Made by a program: the position numbers and the translations under genes. The notes beneath the pieces are model-generated. The model did no database searches, was not told the origin of the DNA, and saw only the letters and a program-made list of their open reading frames with translations. DNA of 64,000 nucleotides, from positions 15,022 through 79,021 of the forward strand of contig JAKSOL010000009.1 in assembly GCA_024405635.1 (NCBI GenBank), given 5' to 3'. Positions 58,025-64,000 of the stretch are shown piece by piece. Position 1 is the first letter of the stretch, and each line of letters begins with the position of its first letter. This stretch comes from Salinivirgaceae bacterium. GTDB lineage: Bacteria > Bacteroidota > Bacteroidia > Bacteroidales > SZUA-534.

Positions 58025-58678
58025 TTAGTTTCTGCGTTGTTGGTTGTTTTTCTTTTTCCTGTTTTTTTGATTTTTGCGCTGATTATTCTGCGATGAAAAA
58101 TTCATAGACTGAAGTTCACGAGTGTCGCGCAACTTAACGCCCTCTGGCAATTCAAATCTACCACGCGCCATTTCCATCATATCGTGAAAAATCACATCAT
58201 CGTCAACGGTGTCGCGATTCCACTGCAAATACGAGCGCTTCATAATATTGCCCACAGCCTCAACTCGTTCTTTAAAATGTTCTTCATTGGCTGTAAGCGC
58301 CAATTTTCCAACCAAATCCTGAATAACTCTACCATAGTGTTTAAAACGAATTTCGTCTCCATAACGGTATGTCAAACGCTCAGGAACAGCAACCTCTTCG
58401 GCACTTGTTGGCAATGTGTATGGAGAATCAACATCGAGTTGGTAGTTTGCAATAACAGCCAAATGGTCCCACAACTTATGTCGAAAATCGCCCAAATCTC
58501 TTTGCTGCGGATGCATAGTGCTCATTAAGTGAACTGTAGCCTGCGCCATACGATTACGCTTTTCACGATCGGGCTGAGACTTTATCATCTCCACCATTTT
58601 TTGCACGTTTCGTCCATACTCTGGTAAATTCAGTTTTGGACGAGTAGTATTGTAATCAAACTTCAAGTTGTTGTCCAT
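58025..58678 (-). CDS. DUF4290 domain-containing protein
   Basis: YNTTRPKLNLPEYGRNVQKMVE matches the DUF4290 N-terminus as I remember it. Basic K/R/N/Q-rich C-terminal tail. Confidence 0.75.
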   Translation of the reverse strand: MDNNLKFDYNTTRPKLNLPEYGRNVQKMVEMIKSQPDREKRNRMAQATVHLMSTMHPQQRDLGDFRHKLWDHLAVIANYQLDVDSPYTLPTSAEEVAVPERLTYRYGDEIRFKHYGRVIQDLVGKLALTANEEHFKERVEAVGNIMKRSYLQWNRDTVDDDVIFHDMMEMARGRFELPEGVKLRDTRELQSMNFSSQNNQRKNQKNRKKKNNQQRRN

Positions 58679-58717
58679 ATTCCAATTATTATTGATGCAA
58701 TATGCTCATTTTCAATA

Positions 58718-59650
58718 TTAAAACAAATTACGTTTTCGCAAAATGCAGAACAAAACCAAACTCAACACTATTGAAGTTCCAATAATATACACAAATGCCA
58801 AATTATTGTTTTCCATATAGTTAGGAACATTCATTCCGTACAAACTTGCAATAAGTGTAGGGAACATAATAATTAGAGTGATGCTGGTAAGCCTTTTCAT
58901 AGTGGCATTAATGTTGTTTGAGATAACCGACGAGTAGCTCGATGACATTGAGCGAGCCACGTTTCGGTAAATAGACGTGGTTTCCTCGGCTTGTTTCAAC
59001 TCAATTTCAACATCTTCAGTCAATTCTTCGTCACACACTTCGTTAATTTTTTTAGTGTGCATCATTCGATAAAACAACACATCGTTGCCTTTTAACGATG
59101 TTTCAAAATACACAAGGCTATTGCCCAATCGTTGCAGTTGAATAATCTCGTCGTTACGAACAAAGCGCTGCAGTTCTGCCTCTAGTGCAGTAATCTGCAT
59201 ATTTATAAACTTCAAGTACTTAAGAAACCAAACTGACGACGAAAGCATAAGCCTCATAATAAGTTCATAATAGTTTGCAACGGTTATTTGTTTACGCACC
59301 GAATAGGTAACAAAGTCGTGCAACATATCAATTTTAAAGTTGCAAACCGATACAAACACATCGCCACGAAAAACAAAGCCTAGCGGAACTGTTGAGTAAT
59401 CGTTCAAACTATCCTCACGGCGATATGGCGCACGAATCACAATCATTTGCCAATCATCATCTTCAACTTCACGACGTGGGCGTTCGTCATTATCGTCAAT
59501 ATCGTTCAAAAAAGCTTCAGGAACACCTAATTTATCAATCAAGTATTTTCGCTCTTCACCCGATGGGCACTCTAGGCACACCCAGCATTTGGGAGTCCAT
59601 GTTTGGGCAAGTTCAAAACCCTTGCCGTTGTTTTGGTAAAAATTAATCAT
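58718..59650 (-). CDS. corA: CorA family magnesium/cobalt transporter
   Basis: 310 aa with the YGMNV signature (LYGMNVPNY) ahead of the last TM helix. Confidence 0.88.
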   Translation of the reverse strand: MINFYQNNGKGFELAQTWTPKCWVCLECPSGEERKYLIDKLGVPEAFLNDIDDNDERPRREVEDDDWQMIVIRAPYRREDSLNDYSTVPLGFVFRGDVFVSVCNFKIDMLHDFVTYSVRKQITVANYYELIMRLMLSSSVWFLKYLKFINMQITALEAELQRFVRNDEIIQLQRLGNSLVYFETSLKGNDVLFYRMMHTKKINEVCDEELTEDVEIELKQAEETTSIYRNVARSMSSSYSSVISNNINATMKRLTSITLIIMFPTLIASLYGMNVPNYMENNNLAFVYIIGTSIVLSLVLFCILRKRNLF

Positions 59651-59812
59651 AACCTTCTAATCTCCATTTCTTTATGCGGAGCCTCAGGTTATGTAAGCTC
59701 CGCTGATTAACGTTCGGGAGGATAATCGTCCATATATATATTCTGCGTTTGTGTAGAAAGTGGCACAAAAGTAAAATACAAATTAGGAAAACGGTGCTTT
59801 ACAAAGTTTTTT

Positions 59813-61174
59813 TTACGGTAAATTCATGCGTATTTTCCAATTTTGTGGATATAGGTTGTTCCATCGTGTTCCCAAGTTCTTTACCCAACCTAACGGAGTG
59901 TTTTTGTATGTTACAAGATTAATTCCCTGTTTTGCTCCTTCAACAAAAATTGCATCGCGATGTAAATACTTTAGTGCATCGTTCAAATTAAGGTCTATTG
60001 TATTAAAATACTGGCGATTAATATTGTTTGACATTGCCAATTCGTGCTGAGGTTGCAGTTTATTACCAAATACTTTTGCCGTTTCAATACCCGCTCCTAC
60101 TACATGAAGTTTGTCGCATAGGTATTGATATTGTTTGTCTATTGATGCTGGTATTGCTCGAATTTCGTCGTTGTTCAAATAGAACTCAAAGTTGCCTATA
60201 AGCATTGGTGTTGTTTGCTTTATCAAGGCTTGTGGGGCATGTTGCAAATGCTTTTTCACTTTGCCTTTCTGCCAGTTTGCTACATCACCGTCTTTTTTTC
60301 TAAATACACACAAGAAGAATCCTTCGCCTTTGGTTTTGTAATGAATAAACCTATAACCTTGCAAGCCGTTGTATTCAATTTTGCAAATACCCCATTTCTC
60401 ATTAATTGGCAATTGCACATTTTCCGCATCGTAGTTTTGTGCAATCCAATCCATATTCAGTTCATCTTCGTTTGGATTAAACGTACATGTGCTGTAAACC
60501 AAATAGCCGCCCGGTTTAATGCAATTCCATGCATCGGCTATAATACGGCGCTGACGTTGAGCACACAATTCAGCATTTTCAACCGACCATTCGTCCATAG
60601 CCGAATAATCGCGACGAAACAAGCCTTCTCCGGAGCAAGGTGCATCAATTGCCACCACATCAAAAAAACCTCCTAACTTTCCAAATTCCGAAGGATCGCT
60701 TTTGGTGATAATTACATTAGGCCTTCCCCATTTTGCCAAATTTTCTTGCAAAATAGGCACTCTGCTACCAATAACCTCGTTGCAAACTAGTAGCCCATTA
60801 TCTCCTATCATTGATGCATAGTGTGTGCTTTTGCCTCCAGGAGCTGCGCACAAATCAAGAATTGCGGAGTTTGAAACATTATCGCCTAATAATGTCTTTA
60901 TTGCATAACCAGCAAACATTGAGCAGGCTTCTTGTACATAATACATTCCTGCATGGAAAAGAGGATCGAGTGTAAAAACTGGTCTTTCTGACAAATAGAA
61001 TCCATCATTTTCCCAACCAACAACATCGGCACTTGCTGCATCTGCATTTTTTGCCCGATTAATTCGCACACTAACAGGGGCTGGCTCTTTCAGCGATTCT
61101 AGATACAAATCGAACTCTGTACCAAGTTGTTGGCGCATGCGTTGTTCAAATGGTTTAGGCAGGTAAAATTCCAT
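59813..61174 (-). CDS. rRNA cytosine-C5 methyltransferase (NOL1/NOP2/Sun family, RsmF/RsmB-like)
   Basis: LDLCAAPGGKSTH SAM site, DAPCSGEG and YSTCTFNPNEDE catalytic Cys motifs. ATG 61174 (MEFYLPKPFEQR) is preferred over the longer track ORF. Confidence 0.88.
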   Translation of the reverse strand: MEFYLPKPFEQRMRQQLGTEFDLYLESLKEPAPVSVRINRAKNADAASADVVGWENDGFYLSERPVFTLDPLFHAGMYYVQEACSMFAGYAIKTLLGDNVSNSAILDLCAAPGGKSTHYASMIGDNGLLVCNEVIGSRVPILQENLAKWGRPNVIITKSDPSEFGKLGGFFDVVAIDAPCSGEGLFRRDYSAMDEWSVENAELCAQRQRRIIADAWNCIKPGGYLVYSTCTFNPNEDELNMDWIAQNYDAENVQLPINEKWGICKIEYNGLQGYRFIHYKTKGEGFFLCVFRKKDGDVANWQKGKVKKHLQHAPQALIKQTTPMLIGNFEFYLNNDEIRAIPASIDKQYQYLCDKLHVVGAGIETAKVFGNKLQPQHELAMSNNINRQYFNTIDLNLNDALKYLHRDAIFVEGAKQGINLVTYKNTPLGWVKNLGTRWNNLYPQNWKIRMNLP

Positions 61175-61230
61175 ATTGTGTTTTTTGAATGTTAAGCGAA
61201 TATACAACAGCAAAACAACAAATGCCAACA

Positions 61231-61260
61231 AACAAAAAAGGGCGGCCTAAAGGCCGCCCT
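61231..61260 (-). terminator. rpoC terminator
   Basis: GC-rich stem AGGGCGGCC / GGCCGCCCT. On the minus strand it is followed by TTTTTTGTTTG. Confidence 0.85.
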
Positions 61261-61283
61261 TTTTATAGTATTAAAACAAAGTT

Positions 61284-64000
61284 TTACTCTTCGTCGTTAA
61301 GTGCAATTGTTTCAAAGTCCTCTTTAGGAGTTACAATAACATCGTTAAAGCGGCGAACACCAGTACCAGCAGGAATCAAGTGTCCAACAATAACGTTTTC
61401 TTTCAATCCCTCAAGGCTATCTGACTTACCTTCAATTGCAGCCTCGTTAAGCACCTTAGTTGTCTCTTGGAATGACGCAGCAGAAATGAAACTACGTGTT
61501 TTAAGAGCAGCTTTGGTAATACCTTGAAGAACCTGTGTTGAAGTTGCAGGAACAGCATCGCGTGCCTCAATTTGTCTCAAGTCCTTACGTTTCAAGATAG
61601 AGTTCTCGTCACGTAGTTTGCGAGCTGAAATGATGCTTCCAACATGCAAGTCTGAATCACCTTTGTCAACAATAACTTTCTTGTCCCAAATCCAATCGTT
61701 TTCTTCAAGGAAGTCGTTTTTGTCAACCAATTGTTTTTCAAGGAATTTGGTATCACCTGGCTCTGCAATTTCAACTTTACGCATCATTTGGCGAACAATC
61801 ACCTCAAAGTGCTTATCGTTGATTTTCACACCTTGCAAACGGTAAACCTCTTGAACCTCATTAACAATGTATTCTTGAACTTTGGTAGGTCCTTTAATTT
61901 TCAAGATATCAGATGGAGTAATCACACCGTCAGACAATGGGATACCTGCTCTTACATAGTCGCCTTCTTGTACAAGGATTTGTTTTGAAAGCGAAATCAA
62001 GTATTTTGCCTCCTCGCCTGTACGCGATGTGATAACAATCTCGCGGCTACCACGTTTAATCTTGCCGTAAGAAACTGTACCATCAATCTCAGCTACAATT
62101 GCTGGGTTAGATGGGTTACGAGCCTCAAACAACTCAGTAACACGTGGAAGACCACCAGTAATATCGCCCGCTTTACTATTAGCACGAGGTATCTTAACAA
62201 TTACTTGGCCACACTTAATTTTTTCTCCCTCTGAAACTACTACGTGAGCACCTACTGGAGTGTTGTAAGTCTTTATAACATCGCCTGCTTTGTCTTTAAT
62301 AACAATTGCAGGGTTTTTGGTTTTGTCACGAGACTCAATAACCACTTTTTCACCGAAACCTGTTGTTTCGTCAGTCTCACTACGATATGTTACATTTTCT
62401 TGGAAGTTATCCAATGTACACTCACCGCTGGCCTCTGAAATAATAACAGCGTTGTATGGGTCCCATTCGCAAATCAAGTCACCTTTCTTAACCTCTGCAC
62501 CATCTTTTACATACAATTTAGAACCGTATGAAATATCGTGATGTGCAAGTTCAATTCCAGTTTCTTTTGCTACCAAGCGCATTTCTGCCAAACGACCAAC
62601 AACTACATCTACACCTTTATCTTCCTCGCTAGCAATTGAGCGAAGTTCTTCAAAGTGAACAATACCATCGTTGTTTGCTACAATGCTCGAATCGGTTGCA
62701 ACGTTACCTGCTGTACCACCCACGTGGAAAGTACGAAGTGTCAACTGTGTACCAGGCTCACCAATTGATTGAGCAGCAATAACACCTACTGCTTCACCAA
62801 TTTGAACCATTCGGCTATTTGACAAGTTACGTCCATAACATTTTGCACAAACGCCATTCTTTGACTCGCATGTCAATACCGAACGCATCTCAACTTGCTC
62901 AATTGGAGACTCATCAATAACTTTGGCAATCTCCTCGGTAAATTCCTCACCAGCCTTGATAATTAATTCACCTGTAATTGGGTGATAAATATCATGAACT
63001 GAAGTACGGCCAAGAATACGTTCGTACAACGACTCAACTATATCCTCGTTCTTCTTAAGAGCTGTAGCAACCAAACCTCTTAATGTACCGCAATCTTCTT
63101 CATTAATAATAACATCATTTGAAACGTCAACCAAACGACGAGTCAAGTAACCAGCATCGGCTGTTTTCAAAGCAGTATCGGCCAAACCCTTACGAGCACC
63201 GTGCGATGAAATAAAGAACTCGTGACCAGACAAACCTTCTTTAAAGTTCGATAGAATTGGTGTCTCAATAATCTGTCCACCCTCTGCGCCTGCTTTTTGT
63301 GGTTTTGCCATCAAACCACGCATTCCACAAAGCTGACGAATCTGCTCCTTTGAACCACGGGCTCCAGAGTCAAGCATCATGTATACTGAGTTGAATCCTT
63401 GACGGTCGCTACTCAATTGTTTCATCAATTTATCAGTTAATTGAGCATTAACACGTGTCCAAATATCAATAACCTGATTGTAACGTTCGTTGTTTGTGAT
63501 GAAACCCATATTATAGTTACCCATAACCTCGGCAATCTCATCATAACCTTTATTTACCAATTCAGCTTTGTCGGCTGGAATAATAACGTCGCCCAAATTA
63601 AACGACAATCCACCTTCAAATGCCATGCGGTATCCTAAGTTCTTGATATCGTCAAGGAATTGTGCAGTAACTGCAGTTCCACAAACTTTATATACTTTAC
63701 CAATTATATCACGAAGCGATTTTTTGGTCAAGATAGTATTCAAATAACCTACTTCAGTAGGTACAAATTCGTTAACAATTACGCGACCAACTGTTGTTTC
63801 AATAATACGGTCAACAATGTTTCCGTTTTCATCAACATCTTTGGTTTTAACTTTAATGTTAGCGTGAAGGTCAACTCTCTTTTCGTTGTATGCAATTTGC
63901 ACCTCCTCTGGAGAATAGAAGGTAATGCCCTCACCCAACGCACCTTTTAGTCCTTTTGTAATGTAATACAAACCAAGAACCATGTCTTGAGAAGGCACTG
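61284..64000 (-). CDS. rpoC: DNA-directed RNA polymerase subunit beta', C-terminal ~905 codons (5' end runs off the right edge)
   Basis: Unmistakable beta' text ([98 protein letters not shown]). The frame stays open to the window edge. Confidence 0.95.
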   Translation of the reverse strand, partial: VPSQDMVLGLYYITKGLKGALGEGITFYSPEEVQIAYNEKRVDLHANIKVKTKDVDENGNIVDRIIETTVGRVIVNEFVPTEVGYLNTILTKKSLRDIIGKVYKVCGTAVTAQFLDDIKNLGYRMAFEGGLSFNLGDVIIPADKAELVNKGYDEIAEVMGNYNMGFITNNERYNQVIDIWTRVNAQLTDKLMKQLSSDRQGFNSVYMMLDSGARGSKEQIRQLCGMRGLMAKPQKAGAEGGQIIETPILSNFKEGLSGHEFFISSHGARKGLADTALKTADAGYLTRRLVDVSNDVIINEEDCGTLRGLVATALKKNEDIVESLYERILGRTSVHDIYHPITGELIIKAGEEFTEEIAKVIDESPIEQVEMRSVLTCESKNGVCAKCYGRNLSNSRMVQIGEAVGVIAAQSIGEPGTQLTLRTFHVGGTAGNVATDSSIVANNDGIVHFEELRSIASEEDKGVDVVVGRLAEMRLVAKETGIELAHHDISYGSKLYVKDGAEVKKGDLICEWDPYNAVIISEASGECTLDNFQENVTYRSETDETTGFGEKVVIESRDKTKNPAIVIKDKAGDVIKTYNTPVGAHVVVSEGEKIKCGQVIVKIPRANSKAGDITGGLPRVTELFEARNPSNPAIVAEIDGTVSYGKIKRGSREIVITSRTGEEAKYLISLSKQILVQEGDYVRAGIPLSDGVITPSDILKIKGPTKVQEYIVNEVQEVYRLQGVKINDKHFEVIVRQMMRKVEIAEPGDTKFLEKQLVDKNDFLEENDWIWDKKVIVDKGDSDLHVGSIISARKLRDENSILKRKDLRQIEARDAVPATSTQVLQGITKAALKTRSFISAASFQETTKVLNEAAIEGKSDSLEGLKENVIVGHLIPAGTGVRRFNDVIVTPKEDFETIALNDEE

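Noticed and set aside
1-64000. Scan for mobile elements, CRISPR arrays, tRNA/rRNA genes and known defence modules.
   Set aside because: I saw no transposase, integrase or recombinase-like ORFs, no direct-repeat/spacer arrays, no T-loop (GGTTCGAATCC-like) or rRNA signatures in intergenic regions, and no nuclease/ATPase pairs resembling known defence systems. recQ and the EEP nuclease sit in housekeeping or secreted contexts. This was a by-eye scan, not a computational one.

Overview
The window reads as a contiguous chromosomal segment of a Bacteroidota genome, probably Bacteroidales-like. Supporting signs are T9SS C-terminal sorting domains, a hybrid two-component AraC-type regulator, an S46 dipeptidyl-peptidase, DUF4290/DUF3467-type genes, and TAnnTTTG-like -7 boxes. 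About 50 protein-coding genes are densely packed on both strands, with many clear hairpin-plus-T-run terminators.

The backbone is housekeeping: pheT (partial), tadA, folD, ffh, ddl, asd, recQ, ubiE/menG, mazG, tcdA, rlmN, corA, an rRNA m5C methyltransferase and rpoC (partial). Interspersed accessory content:
- Glycan-degradation genes without SusC/D: a GH43-CBM6 T9SS cargo protein, a Big_2+CBM lipoprotein, a carboxylesterase and a GH3.
- A divergent Fur-family regulator and His/Cys-tailed metal permease pair with a perfect palindromic operator candidate.
- A glycosyltransferase next to a nucleotidyltransferase-GHMP kinase fusion.
- A tight four-gene cluster (output-less GAF/PAS sensor, then three exported enzymes) that converges on a giant triple lamin-tail-domain T9SS protein.

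I found no rRNA, tRNA, CRISPR array, transposase, integrase or recognisable defence system.

The best candidates for undescribed biology are:
1. An operon at 14.8-17.8 kb: a polytopic membrane protein, a TPR-like part (split by a frame break) and a CxxCH-bearing PD40 beta-propeller lipoprotein.
2. An Aat (L/F-transferase)-ElaA acetyltransferase fusion.
3. The sensor/beta-helix/EEP nuclease/CapA/LTD locus, which may handle extracellular DNA.
4. A promoter-plus-terminator-bounded candidate small RNA at about 48.5-48.6 kb.

All family assignments come from motif recognition by eye and memory. No searches were run.
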